A stretch of 64,000 bases of DNA, from the NCBI GenBank assembly GCA_045837725.1, contig JBEWZL010000124.1, positions 372,001-436,000 on the forward strand. The letters are read 5' to 3'. This DNA is from Vermamoeba vermiformis (lineage: Eukaryota). The notes beneath the pieces are model-generated. The model worked only from the letters and a program-made list of their open reading frames with translations. It had not been told where the DNA came from and did no database searches. The position numbers and the translations under genes are program-made. Shown piece after piece: positions 1 through 13,206 of the stretch (positions are counted from its first letter, which is position 1; every line of letters starts with the position of its first letter).

Positions 1-1064
1 GAGAAACGTCGACCACCGATAGCGTCGATTTCGTCCATAAAAATTACACAAGGCTGGTGTTCACGAGCATAAGCAAACATTTCACGAATGACACGTGCAC
101 TTTCACCAATATATTTGTCGACAATAGCTGAGGACACGACCTTCAAGAAGTTGGCGTCGAGATTGCAAGCGACGGCACGAGCCAAGAGGGTCTTGCCAGT
201 ACCAGGAGGACCATAGAGCAGAACACCCTTGGGAGGCTTAATACCGACACGTTGGAACAGTTCAGGATTTGTGAGGGGCAATTCAATAACCTGCAGCACA
301 AAGGTGAGTCGCACAAGTACAAAAATGTCACGTGCAAAACAGTACCTCTCTGAGTTCTCTAATTTGATCGCTGAGACCACCGACTTCGTTGTAAGCGACT
401 TGACCAGGGTCTTCAGTTAACATGTTGAATACCACTAAAGGTAACATTTTGGTTAGGAACAAAAATTCTCGAGACTCGCTGAAAATGACTTACAAGGATC
501 AACTTCACGAGGCAATGATCGCATAATTGTGAGAGTGGTCATATCCAAGGCAACACGGGTACCTTGCTTCAGGCCGTCTTTGTTCACTTTGTTTCTGCAT
601 CCAACAACATAGCGAGGGCCACTAGAAGCCTTCACAATAACTAATATAATATAAGAAATTTGTTAAGAATATTTAAACGTGATATTTGTGGTCGAAAGTA
701 GAATTTGTTAAATTGCAAGAGAAAAAATTGCTGATGCAGATTGAAAAATTTTTCAGATTCAAACTTACATTTCTCCTCATCCAATTTTTTTAATACTTCT
801 CCGACAATTTGTCCAACACTTTGAAGAGCCTTCAAATCATCTTCTGATTTATCATAGTCTCCTTTCAATTTTCTCATCTCCTCTCGGACTGAAAAATTAC
901 TTTGTTAGCAACAAAACAACGCCATAATTTGATTAATAATTTAGCAGTATTATTTAGTAATACTTACGGTTTTTAACTTTAGTTTCATATTCTCTGTGTT
1001 GAAGGAGCTTGCTGCGATAATTTTCAAGAGCCTTTTGCTTCTTTTGTTCTTCTGTTTCAGCCAT
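1..1064 (-). CDS. RPT4: 26S proteasome regulatory AAA-ATPase Rpt4 (subunit 10B); multi-exon, 3' end outside window
   Basis: Spliced translation [25 protein letters not shown]...[14 protein letters not shown]...[14 protein letters not shown]...[23 protein letters not shown]...[12 protein letters not shown] introns 967-889, 768-641 and two more. Confidence 0.95.
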
Positions 1065-1351
1065 TGTGCTTATTATATTATTTTACGCCACACAAATAGG
1101 TCAATAAGAGTGGTGTTCTAATTTAAATGATATAATTTTTGAATTTTTTCAAGCTGACAAAAATTTTGCTAGCGAAGCAAGTTGGGTGTCATTTCCTCAC
1201 GCACGTGATCGACTGACTGCCAAGTATCGACCAAAAGTTCGCATGAATAGGGGACCCTTTTGTTGATGAGAAGGGAAGGTCTTGGATTTGGGTGATCAAG
1301 CATCCAGAGAAAAGCACACCAACTTAAAATAAAAATAATATTTTACAGGGT

Positions 1352-2397
1352 TTATTGATCGGCTAAATCTAACAGTATCGAAGACAGGTGCTGCGCTGAG
1401 AGGCTAAATAAGACTCAATTAGTTTTCCATCGCTTGGATGCAACACAAAGTAACGTACTCTTGGACAGGCGGAGCACCTTCTTTGAGAATCTGTTCTACA
1501 CTTGACTGAGGTCGCTTCAACATCTGTACAACGCGTTGTGTCTCTTCGACCTTGGCCTTGGTAGGAGGCAGCTGTTCTCGTACATTATCGTAGTTCTTCA
1601 TTAACTGACTGGCACGTGTTTCATTCGCCTTTAATTGTTTGCTCAGCTCCATATCCTGCACATCAACAAACATTAGTAAGAGTAACAAGTGTATTCTAGA
1701 ATTGCGTGATATAGTTCTGTCTGAACGTACCTCTTGTATGGCTTCATAAGACTCCTCGTCACTTTCTTCATCGCGATTCTGTTCGTAGCCAGTAATCGCT
1801 TCACTCTCGCGCTTAAGTTTCTGTGCAAGATGTTCTGTAATAGCTGTAGAAGCTTGCGCCCTAGTAGCGTGAGAGTCAGTATAAGTGTCAAGGGTATTGG
1901 CCAGTAGTTCGAATTACCATGTGTCCTCTAGTCGCTTTACTGCTACGGCGAGTTGTTCGTCGTAATTAGCGAGTGATTCCAAAGGGTTTGGAACGTCTTT
2001 TTTCTCTGTTTTCGAAATCGTTAGACCGTTATCGATAAATTAGATCTTGCTCGTACTGTCTTTTGAAGCCTTCTTCTCTGGTCCAAATATATCGTACAAA
2101 AATTCTTCAAGAGCTTTTTTATGCTTTTCCTCTTGTTTCTGAGTTAAGTCCTCTCGCAGATCCACTAAGTGTTCTTCAAGAGCCTTCATCGAATAGGTGT
2201 CGATTAGAATATTGTGGAATTATTTATATTGGAGAAAATTGATTCTGATAATTTGTAATTGAGCGACGAAGATCTTCACGGTCGAAAAATAATTATCATT
2301 CGCCGCTTGAAGCAATAACGTGATCAATAATTAAAAAAAATCATACCTCTTTAGAACCCTTTCGTAGGTTTTTTATATCTTCGTGATTTAAACTCAT
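1352..2397 (-). CDS. Coiled-coil protein of about 200 aa, possibly kinetochore Mis12-complex subunit Nsl1/Mis14
   Basis: Six exons joined by GT-AG introns: MSLNHEDIKNLRKGSKE|ALEEHL...KALEEFLYDIF...YDEQLAVAVKRLEDTW...EQLPPTKAKVEETQRVVQML...LADQ*. Gene is well supported; the family call is pattern recall only. Confidence 0.55.
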
Positions 2398-2720
2398 TGT
2401 AATATATTAGATTCAATTATTGGCGCCAAATCGACCTAACTTTCTGGCGCTTTGTCTCTTAGCTCTATATTCGTATCAATATAATACGATTAATTTACAA
2501 TAGAGCAGTGGTACTGCAACTAACCAAACAACATTAATCTCGTAGTTTGGCGTCTCCCGCCAAAAATTCTGGGCAACGGACAAATTTTGTCGTGAGGATT
2601 AAACATAACCAAGCCTTATATACATCATTAATTTATTAAGATAAACAAATAAATTGGATGAACGGATCGATTCTGTTCGGTATAATTACAGGCGTGTACT
2701 TGGATGTGATCAGGATGTGT

Positions 2721-5700
2721 TTAAGCCTTCTTCTTGGCCGCAACCTCATCCCAAGCAGATTGGTTTTGTTTGAAGTTCTCTTTGACGGTCTCAAGCAATG
2801 TCACGACCTCTTTAGCCGAAGGTCTGTTTTCGGGCTTGGCGTCGCAGCATCTCTTGAAAACCTCCGCAATAGGAGCGGGTGTCGAGTCGGGCAATGTAGG
2901 ACGAAGACCTTGAGCTGCTTGCACCAAAATTTGGAAGTCGAATTGCAAGTGCTTGTACTCGCTGAAGGGTTGTTCGTAGTGACCCCTGAAAGTTTCTGTT
3001 AGTCTCTGCGGACAATAACACTGCATGAATAACTGGCTACTTACTTGATGACACGAACGATCAACTCCCAGATGACCATACCCATGCTGTACACGTCAGA
3101 CTTGTCGGTGAATGAAGTGCCACCGAAGATCTCAGGAGCGCAGTAAGCAAAAGTACCGCAAAGCTTCTTGAAGGTCTCCATGTTACCACCAGTAGTGAAT
3201 CGAGACAAGCCAAAGTCGGCTACTTTGATCTTCCAGTCAGCAGTGACGAGCAAGTTGAGAGACTTCAAGTCACGGTGCACGATCTGAGGATCCCAGCCGT
3301 GGAGCACTGCGATACCATTGGCCATTTCAATCGCAATGTTGAGGGCACGTTCCCAGTTAATATCGAGAGTCTTGTCGTTCAAGACATGGTAGAGTGAGCC
3401 ACGAGCGCAGAACTCCATGACCATCATGAGAGGCTTCAAGCTAGCACCATAGAACTGAATCATGAACGGCGACTTAACGGCATTCATAATCTTAAACTCC
3501 TTCTTGAACTCTTCAATTTGTGCGTCCATGTTGACGTTCGACAAAACCTTGACGGCAACTTCCTTTTCTCTCCAACGGGCCTTGTATACTTTTCCTGAAG
3601 CACCAGCACCCAACTCCTTTGTGTATTCGATTTCGTTGGCATCAATTTCGCCACTGACTTCTGACAGCTTCTCTTTGAAGTTGTCGGTCAGATCTTGGGA
3701 GTGAGCCATCACGTTGGCCTTGATTTCTTGGGCAGAAACTGTCTTTGCGAGGCCGGGACCGACGGGAGCAGGAGCGTTCTTTTCTTGCTCCTCTTTCTCC
3801 TTTGCTAAGCGGGCCTTGATCACTTCAATCTCCTTAAAGAACTTGACTTGCTTGCCGCCAGGCAGAGAAATGCCCATGTTTTGTAGCCTGTCCTCATCAA
3901 CAAGGACTAACAATTCGGGTTTGAAAAGCTCGTCTTTGATAAATTCCATCAAGTGCGACTCCAGCTCCACGGAAATAAGCAAATTGTTCAAATCTAAAGT
4001 CCGCGAGTTAGCACTGGAACAGACTAGCGTTATATATGACAGACTCACTTTGTACATCGGCGAGAGTCTTCTTAATCTTAATCAAATCGGGGTGAGGGTT
4101 CTTGGCCATGTTTTCTTCCAACAAGTCAGCGGGGGTCTTGCCGGCCTTGTTCTTGCAAGCGGGATCGGCACCACCTCGAATGAGTGTTTCCACCAAATCG
4201 ACACGAGCAAGACTACAGATCATTAGTTCAACTTAACTAGAAGTAAGCGAGAAAACATACTGCACGGCGTAGTGTAAAGGAGTGTCGCCAGACTCTGAAG
4301 TTGTAGCGTTAGGTGAAGCACCTTTGCCGAGGAGCATTTCGACAAGCATCAGACGGACTTTGTTGTTGAAGATTGCCTTGTGCAGCGGTGTCTCTCCGTT
4401 CTTCTTGCTTTGGGCGTTCACACTGCCTCCCTTCTTAATGAGTTCTCGACCAATGAAAGGGCAGTTTAGAGATAAAGTCTTCTCGCAAAAATAGTGCAAA
4501 GGTGTTGTGTGGTCTTGGTTCTTAATGCCGCAGTCTGTTTGTTCGAATTGAATCAGGTCTAAAAGAATGGCGTCGGGAATATCTGAAATCATCACGGCTG
4601 AGTGCATAATACTGAATCCTCTTCGATCTTGAATGTTGATATTAGCTTTGTCGGGGTGTTGTCTAGACAAAAGTAGAGTGTTAGATCGGTCAGATCAGGT
4701 CAATAGAACCCGTACTTGTAATGTTTCAGCAGCTCTCGGACTAATTCTTCGTCTTTCTTCTTAATAGCAAGGGCGAGAGGTGTTTCGTCTTCGCGATTAA
4801 AGTCATTTAACTTGGTTGGGTCGCTTTGAATGATCAAGGCGATGCGATCAGTATCTGAGTTCAAAACGGCTGTGTGAAGCGGCCTGTTGCCCATATGACC
4901 AAAAATATATCGTTGCATCGTTCTTACTGCGCGCTCTTCGTCCGCAAAACCGCTCAAAATGTACTTGAAATAAACGTTATTCTTTGAAATATTTCGGGTT
5001 AGTCTTACTTTTTTGTTGCCGAAAGTCACGATTTTAACTCCACCTCCAGGCTGAATATCGCAATCTAGCACTTCGTCTGTTGGAATTACTTTCTATAACG
5101 ACAGTATCGTTAATTTAAATCGCGCGACATTATTTTGAACTGTCGGCACTTACTTTGTAATCGGATTTCAAGACACCCTTCTTGCCGTAGTAGCATGCGT
5201 AATTATTCGTCAAAAATAATTTGCCGTTGTTAGGGCCACCCTTGAGCGAGCATGTGATGCCTAAGAATGGAATTCGTTATTATCGAACAGAAGTCGAAAC
5301 TGACCGTAAAAGGAATTATGAAGTAATTGCATCATATTATTAGGAGTGTATTATTTGGCGTCGGCAGTGGAGTCTATTTTCTTTTAAATGACGAAATTCT
5401 GAAAAAACGACGGATCGGAGCTGATCACGGACTTACATTCTCTAAGATTCTCATCAGGCAAATCAAAGTGCTTCACAAAGTCCAAGACATCCTTGTCCGA
5501 TACTTGCTCTTTGCCGCCAGCCACAGACCGCGATGAAGCACGGGAGCTAAGGTTTGTGGTTGACTGAAATGAAAGGGTTAATAATTTGATCAAAATAATA
5601 CAAAATCAACGTAATTTAGTGCACAAGTGATTTTTGATATTGTATAGATATAAAGCTCCATTTAAAAGATCGCATTCAGCTAACCGCGCTTAAATTATTA

Positions 5701-5989
5701 AATTGTATCAGAAATAGTTGAAAGACATGATTTGAGGCAAACTAATATCATTTATAATGTTCCTTTTCTAATTTTCATTTTTGGAAGTAAAGTAAATTGG
5801 GGTATAAAAAAAAAAGTCCAACAAACTAAATCAGAGTTACAAAATTGATTATATGGTGCCTATAAACGAATGGATGAATTTTTGTAAATAGGCCAATTTG
5901 ATATTAGCCATATAGGGCGGTTGATTGTCCGTGTTGCTGAATCGATCAGTTGGAGATCGGCTTACATTGGTATTGTGTATCGACGACAT
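2721..5989 (-). CDS. TKL-group protein kinase with GRAM, ankyrin-repeat and SAM domains (ARK-like)
   Basis: FVKHFDLPDENLRECITCSLKGG...GKLFLTNNYACYYG (GRAM); GNRPLH, TTPLH, GETPLH, GDTPLH ankyrin repeats; SAM-like LNNLLISVELESH...RLQNMGI; kinase GAGASG, VAVK, HRDLKSLN, DFG, GTFAYCAPE, SDVYS; first exon MSSIHNTN at 5989. Confidence 0.9.
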
Positions 5990-6419
5990 GTGTTATCGTA
6001 TTATCTATCTATAATATACAAATTAAAAGGCCGCACTGAGCATTCGGCCTTCGTGTGACTCGATACGGCAAAATACAAAAATGAAACACACTCGAACTTC
6101 GATCAAGCTTCTGTTCGGAGGCGGAGGATATCAAAACATTGCGTGTATTCAAATACACCGACGAAACTCGGCATAGGATGCAACCTTAAAACAAGTAGTC
6201 CCAAATCTAACATTAGATGGGCTGCAGCATTTGGCAGGCCGGTATACTTCGCAATCGCTAGCTGGGCTACCAAAGATACGATCTTGAGACCTCTGATATA
6301 GTACTGAAGTGTTTTGTACCGGGTTTGTTTCAGTTCCGTTTTGAATCTTGCTTCATCCACGCGCGTGTCATAGGCTAAGAGCGATGATTTACTATAATTA
6401 ATCAACAATATGGACATTG

Positions 6420-9292
6420 TTATTTAATGTTAAGTTCCTTTTTGAGATCGTCAATGGTTTGTTGCATTGTTTCGAGCACGTGCGGATCTTCTTTCAACTT
6501 CAACAAGTACTTATCATTGGATTGCTTTTGCTTGTTGTAATCCGTTTCGATCTTCTTCTTGGCATTCTTTGACAATTCTTTGCCGGTTTCGTCCTTATCA
6601 GGCAAGGGTTGACCAGGCTTGGGGAAAAGAAGAATGAGTTACAGGCTCAGTTGCCTTGACAGCTGAAGCACACTTACAGCCCAAGTGATGTTGTAGCTAG
6701 ACTTGATCAAGTCTTCAGGAGACACGGCCCACTTCTTCATTTGTTCGAGTTCGCGCTCCAACAACTCTTTCTTCTTCAACTTCTTGGCACGTTCTCGCTC
6801 TTGCTCGTTGCGCTTCTTGTCCTCGCGCTCACTGACAATAGGGTTAGACGAGTCCGAGGTTATGCTGATGGTAACTTACCGAAGGAGTTGTTCTCGAGGA
6901 ACAAATGAGAACGGGAACTCGCTCTCGTCAGCAATCTTGACACCAAGTTCGACCATGTCTTCGTCGCGGAACTTGTCGCAGATCTTCAACAAATCACCTG
7001 CGGCCTTGTTCTCCTTAGCAGCAGCACGAACGGCGTTACGGAAGTTGGAGAACACTTCAACGTAGGGACGAGCAACTTCGTCCTTGGACAAGCCAGATCC
7101 AGCTTCTTCGGATTGGAAGCCAAACTCTTTCTTGTTGTCAATAACACCGAAGACTCGCAAGATCTTAGTGACGTATACAGCGACCTTCTTCAACAAGTAG
7201 CCCTTGCGTTCAGGGTTATTAGTGAGGTAAGAGTTGGCACTGTTAACGAGGTACGAGAGCTGTTGAATAGCCTCCTTGGTGTTGAAGTTGTCCAGCAAAG
7301 CAGCGTGCACTTTGTTTTGCTTCTCCATCAACTCGTTGTGCAAGGTAACGTCAGCCTTGTTCCAGGCCTCAGTCTTCTTAGCACCTTTGCGCTCTTGGAG
7401 GATGTTGTCCACCTTCAAGAAGAACTCGAAGAAAGTGGTTTCCTTGCTTTGAACGTCCTCCATCGTGTTTTGACGTTGGTAGTTCATGCCTTTGTCCCAT
7501 GATTGGAGCAAGAACAACATTCGCAACTGTCTGGCGGTGTGGCCTGACTTGCCGTTCATACCCAAGGCATCACGAATAGTGATGAAGTTCTTCAACGACT
7601 TGGACATCTTCAAGCCGTCAATGTTCAAGTGGCCAGCGTGCAAGAAGTAGTTCACCCATTGGTCGTTGTTGAAGTAAGCCTCAGATTGAGCCAACTCGTT
7701 GTCGTGGTGAGGGAACTTCAAGTCTTCACCGCCAGAGTGGACGTCCATCGTCTTGCCCAAAATCTTGCCAGCCATAGCACTGCACTCAATGTGCCAGCCA
7801 GGACGACCTCTGCCCCAAGGGCTGTCCCAAGCGGGCTCACCGGGCTTAGAGGCCTTCCACAATGCAAAATCGTTGCTATTGCGCTTCTCTTCACCTCCTG
7901 ATGCAAGAGCTCCTTCACCTTCTGCGAGCAACTTGTTGTTGCCGATTGACCAGGGCTCCAATTTGCCATAGTGGTGATCCTTAGCTGCGGTGAAGGCAGC
8001 GGTGTCAAAGTAAACAGATTTGGGACCGTCAGAGCTCTCTTTGGCAACATAGCTGTCACGTGTCAGAACAAGGTTTATAAATTTAAGTTTATCTTACGCG
8101 AAGCCGTTATCGATGATCTTTTGCACCATTTCGGTAATTTCAGGAACGTATTCGCTGACACGAGTCAAGACGTCGGGAGTTCGGATACCAAGAGCTTTCA
8201 TATCATCCAAGAATTCTTGTTCGTACCTGTAATGTTACAGTTAGTTTTTGGTGATAGCTGCCTAGACACTTGATTACATACTTCAAGGAGTGGTCTCGGC
8301 TCAATTCTTTCATCAATTCTTGATCAACAGTCTTGCCGAAGCGACCATCCAACACTTCTGAGAGAACGTCCTTTGCATCGTCAATAATAGTCACTGGAGG
8401 GTTAGGCTCATCGACAGCAGTGCGTGCTTTCTAATAGGCGGGTTAAATTACATTTTCAGACTATATTGAGCACTTACTTTGGCAGCAGCGAGCTTCTCCT
8501 CAGTGAGCTGAGTTTCAGCCTTAATTTCTTCTTCTTTGCGCTTGCCCTGTTCTTTCTCGGCCTTCAGCTCAGCAAGCTTCTTTTCGAGCTTGCTAATGTA
8601 ACCGTCCCATGACTCGTGCAAATCCTTGATAACTTCTTCAGTGATTGCGTTGTGTTTTCCTCTGTAGACATCGAACAAGTGATTTCTTCGAGCGCGAATA
8701 ATAATCTTGTCGTCAATGTCAGTGATGTTCATCACCATAAACACTGCAATCGAGTCAGTTATTGGTACTAGTGACTATTTGTCCCACTTACCATCATAGC
8801 CAAAGTAATCTTCCATAATTCGTCGAATAATATCGAATGTAAGGTAGTTTCTATAACAACGTTAGTACGATAAGGCACGTTATTAAAGTTCTCACCTGGC
8901 ATGGCCCAAGTGCGACGAGTCGTAGACGGTTGGACCGCAAATATACCAAGTAACAGTCTTGCCATTTTGAGGCACGAAGTTCTCCAGTTGACTGGTGAGA
9001 CTGTTGTTAACCTTCAGACCTATTCGATAAGAGTAAATAATTTGAAATTGACATCTAAGCAGAAAAATATTTTTAACGCAGCGTTTAAAGGATTCAACCT
9101 GAGGCGCAAAATTACTGATTAAATCGTAGAATTATTTAATCAATTTTTGTGGAAGCGATCCAAATTAAAATCAGCTCGCAATGCGAAACAATTGCGAATC
9201 AACAGATAAGAATAATTTTTACCTGTAACAAATCCACCACTAGGGGTAGCCCATGGTGGTTGCTCTTTTTTTTGTTTCGCTTGCTTTTCCAT
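6420..9292 (-). CDS. CARS: Cysteinyl-tRNA synthetase, cytosolic type
   Basis: [15 protein letters not shown] (HIGH-like), [51 protein letters not shown]; multi-exon. Confidence 0.96.
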
Positions 9293-9489
9293 CTAATCCA
9301 ATAAAATCAGTTAATATTTTTGCTGATCCTCCTGAAGTATTAAACCAAATAATACGTACTTGTTGATGTCGATGGTCTTAAAACGATGATGAACTGCGAA
9401 AATACTCATAAAACTTGGTTACGTGGCGATCAGCCCTGGTTTACGATCTTTAACTTGCAGGATACACTTTTTATTTACAAGAGATTTAA

Positions 9490-11122
9490 CTACACAAAAA
9501 CGCCAGTCAGACCAACAGAAACCACAAATGGATACAAGAACACCGTGGTTAAGAAGTAGAAGATCAGACCAAAGAAGATGCTAATAGGCAATGCAGGGAG
9601 GGCTTTGCGATACACTGCTAGCAAGATGATGGTCAAGAACAAGCCCTATTGATCGGGTCAGACAGTCAATATAACACAACCGTTTTAACGTACCTGGACA
9701 ATAGCAATGAAGCAGGTGAACACGGTTAAAATGTCAAACAGCGCTGCACGACCAACGAGCACACTGTAGAACACAAAGTCACCGAGACCTAACTTGACAC
9801 CACGCTCTGCAGACCAGTATGAGTGCTATTCTAAGCTACGCAAGGTGTGCGGTACTTACTTGGCTCCTCATCATCCTCTTCACCAGCCTCGGCCTCTTCA
9901 GGACTAGTGGCCATCATGATCCACACACTCGCTGCAATTGCGTCAGTTTGAGCAGTTCTGATAGGAACAGTACATACCACTGTAAATGAGTGCTGGGATT
10001 GGTTCGTCTCGTTCTTGGGCTGTCTCCACGAGGACCTTCAACGGACCTTTAGGGCACAACACGGCGAACAAATCTGTCTATTGTTAATAAAACGGCGAAA
10101 TTTGAAGCAACGTAGCTACCATAAATGGCGATGAGGGCGAGCAATGACCAAGTGGTCCAAGGAGGCAGCTGAGTGAACACAATAGCCTATTGTGCTGTGT
10201 TAATATACCCTTGTAAGGAAAGATGAGGCTGATACGTACCAAGATTGCACTAATGATCACCAAGTAGCCCTGATTGACACGCAAAGGTGCGTGCCAGAAC
10301 ACGGATAGAATGCCGACCACAGCAAAGTTCCACACTAAAATGCTGAACGTGAAATAGTCGACTGCAATGTTCATGTTGGCTGCTATGGCACTAGGGTACA
10401 TTATAGGATGAGTTCGTGGAAGGGGTAGTTTGAACTGCTCGTGCAACTTACTACAACAAGTAGCCACCCAATACGCCTAACATTAGCACTACGGATAGGA
10501 CCATCCAGCCGTAGATGACTTTGAGACAGCGGTATTTGTACAGTAGCACCATAATTACCGTCACCACAATTAGCATGCCCACGATAACTAACGCGTTCAA
10601 TATTGAACCAAAGAACTTGGTCCAGTTCGAATCATCTTGCTTCTCTTCGTAGACCATGGCGTAGCTGTATATGGCGGGTTATAAATGAATATTGTTGCAA
10701 GCGAACTAGTTACCTGAAGCCACCACCGCCACCTCCTCCGCCACCGCCATACTGAAACATTGACATGGAGCGGATAATAACAACCACGAGCACCATTGTA
10801 ATGGCAACGGGCACTAAAATTTGAGTGATACTCTCCGCTGCCACTTCAATTTCTTCGTTGTCATCAAAAGCAGATCTAAATTTGTAATTTTTAATATTTT
10901 CGAAATTGAAAATCATAATAATAAATTAAATAATATGCCCGCATCTAATATACATTAAACCTACTTTCGTAAATTTGTGCCACGTTCTAGCTGCACACCT
11001 TCAATAAAAATCTCTTCTTCGACCTCTTGAGCCTCTTCTCTAATATCGTTATTATCCCCATCATCTTCTTGATGTGGACGATCCTCAGACACTAATAGTC
11101 GTTGTTCTTCTTGGTCTGCCAT
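9490..11122 (-). CDS. PSEN: Presenilin (gamma-secretase catalytic subunit)
   Basis: Multiple TM segments, [11 protein letters not shown], catalytic [13 protein letters not shown] and [17 protein letters not shown] motif; multi-exon. Confidence 0.95.
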
Positions 11123-11207
11123 TAGCGCTGTGTGCAACCGACTCAAAAGTTAACGAGAAATTAATTTATAACTCTCTGTCCCTGTTTATCACCACACTCT
11201 GAGTGCC

Positions 11208-11982
11208 ATGGAGCAACTTGACGATAAATCAACACGGCCTAATTATTCCATCGTATTAATAGACGGAGGTAAGGCCTGTCACGCGATCGACAAAAAAATT
11301 AACGACCCCAATTTGAATTTATTCGAAGCAATCTTCTATTGCCTAGACAAATGCGCTTATTGATGTTTTAATTTCTTGCCGGATTTCCTTTTATTTTAAT
11401 TGTCCGTAAGATCTAATTATTATTCCTTATAGTTTGTAACATGTGCAATGGCTTCGCTAATTTCGTCATAGCGAGGGACAAAAACTCTAAATATAAATTC
11501 GCTTCATTGCAATCAAAAATTGGACAGTCATACGTTGAAAAATTTGACTTGCCCGCGGAGATCCAATCCATTATTTTAATAGAAGACGATCAATGTTATC
11601 AAAAGTATGTAATAGCTATCAAACATGGTTTACAATGATTTCTAATTATGTTACAGATCTACAGCTGTTCTTAAAATTCTCTATGATCTCAAATTTCCCT
11701 GGTACGTCGACGTAATTCTAATCTATATATCAACTCAATTAACATAATATGCATAGGTGGAGTCTGTACAGTGGTATTTATGTACCGCGAATCATCAGAG
11801 ATTTTGTGTATAATATTGTCGCCAAATACAGGTACGAATTGTGTATTTGATTTGATTATATATCGAATCCTACTAACAGTCCCTCATATAGATATACCGT
11901 ATTTGGGCAGAGTGATGCATGCAGTTATAATCCACGGTGGAAAGATCGCTTCTTGATGGATGGGGACGAACAGCAGTGCTAA
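11208..11982 (+). CDS. DCC1-like thiol-disulfide oxidoreductase (DUF393)
   Basis: Spliced IVLIDG|VCNMCNGFANFVIARD...FASLQS...STAVLKIL...VPRIIRDFVYNIVAKYRYTVFG; DxxCxxC motif. Confidence 0.88.
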
Positions 11983-12060
11983 AATTCGGCATCTTGTGAA
12001 TATGTACATAAATGAGCGTAGAAGACATATATAGGAGACTGCGACTATACGAAGTAATAT

Positions 12061-12874
12061 TTATGACTGGCCAGACCACTCGAGCCACGAGCCCTCGTAG
12101 TTTTTAATGTTTTTGTAACCAAGCTGTTTGGCGAGCATGCACGCTTGATAACTCCGCTTGCCAGTCTATCAACACATATACGTATTAGTAATGTTATGAA
12201 TATACGTCTTATTGTAGCATACGCGACAGTAGAATATCACTTCATCATCGAGTTCTGGCTTAGGAAAACCAAACGCGTCCTCCCAGTCTAGATCTGGATT
12301 GGTCAGTGCCGCGAATATGTGGCCCACTGTATAATTAGGCATTAGTATTGATGCTTTGGATAATTTTCTTCGGTACATACACGGCACTAGCTTCGCAGTA
12401 GGAATTGTTCCTTGCGCAGTTTCATGTGGCTCTACATGTAATCAGTTTAATATTATAAACGAAATTATTGAGACTAAAGCTAGTGGATATAGAGCAGATA
12501 TTAATTCGTACCTCTGACATCAATCAAGTAAAAATCGTTTGGCGAGCTTGTTAATTTTGTTTTCTAATTCTTTTTTTGTTATGACTTTTAATTCGTCACT
12601 ACTGCTCGTGGAATATGATCTTGAATATTGTTGTTGTGTTGCAAAAAATTTTGGTGTCGAGAATGCGTGGATCTGGATTCTGCTTTCAAAGTGTAGCGTG
12701 CGAGGTGCAAATTTAGATACTACAAATGTCCTAAATAATTTTCGAATGTTGATTTAAGCGCAATGCTACATGACGCGTGACATCTGGATTTTACCTGAGG
12801 GCTGGTTTGTGTCGTCTCGAAGCGACACTAGCTACTCGATATAGTCCTCTAGTGCAACGAAGTAGTGCTTGCAT
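12061..12874 (-). CDS. Single-domain rhodanese/thiosulfate sulfurtransferase with mitochondrial-type presequence; apparent +1 frameshift at 12560-12563
   Basis: Exon 1 MQALLRCTRGLYRVASVASRRHKPAL; YLIDVREPHE...GTIPTA; active-site VIFYCRTGKRS; C-terminal NYEGSWLEW. Confidence 0.88.
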
Positions 12875-13206
12875 GTCGGTGCAATATTGTGGTTGTGATA
12901 TGTGTACGGATTAAATTAAGAAAAGTCTTTCGGTCGTGATTTAAATTCTAATTTTCTTTGTTGAGCAAGCACACCTCACAACCAAACTGCTTGTGTCACC
13001 TCTATATATCATATTTATGATTTGGCTTCATTAAACATCCAAATGGCACAAAAGTAAGCAAATCCAAAAAAATTGAATTCGGAAATCCGCTAACTCGAAA
13101 TATTTTCTCGGCACATTTGGCGTAGTTAATATTCAAATATTAGAAAAATTATTACTAAATGGATATTAATTAAATTTGTAGTGGAGCAGAGGTGATCGGT
13201 AAGCCC

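Noticed and set aside
12745-12747. Apparent non-AUG (ATT) start for the rhodanese gene (ATT CGA AAA TTA...)
   Set aside because: An upstream exon (ATG at 12874, MQALLRCTRG...) splices in frame through a GT-AG intron 12794-12731, so the ATT is intronic
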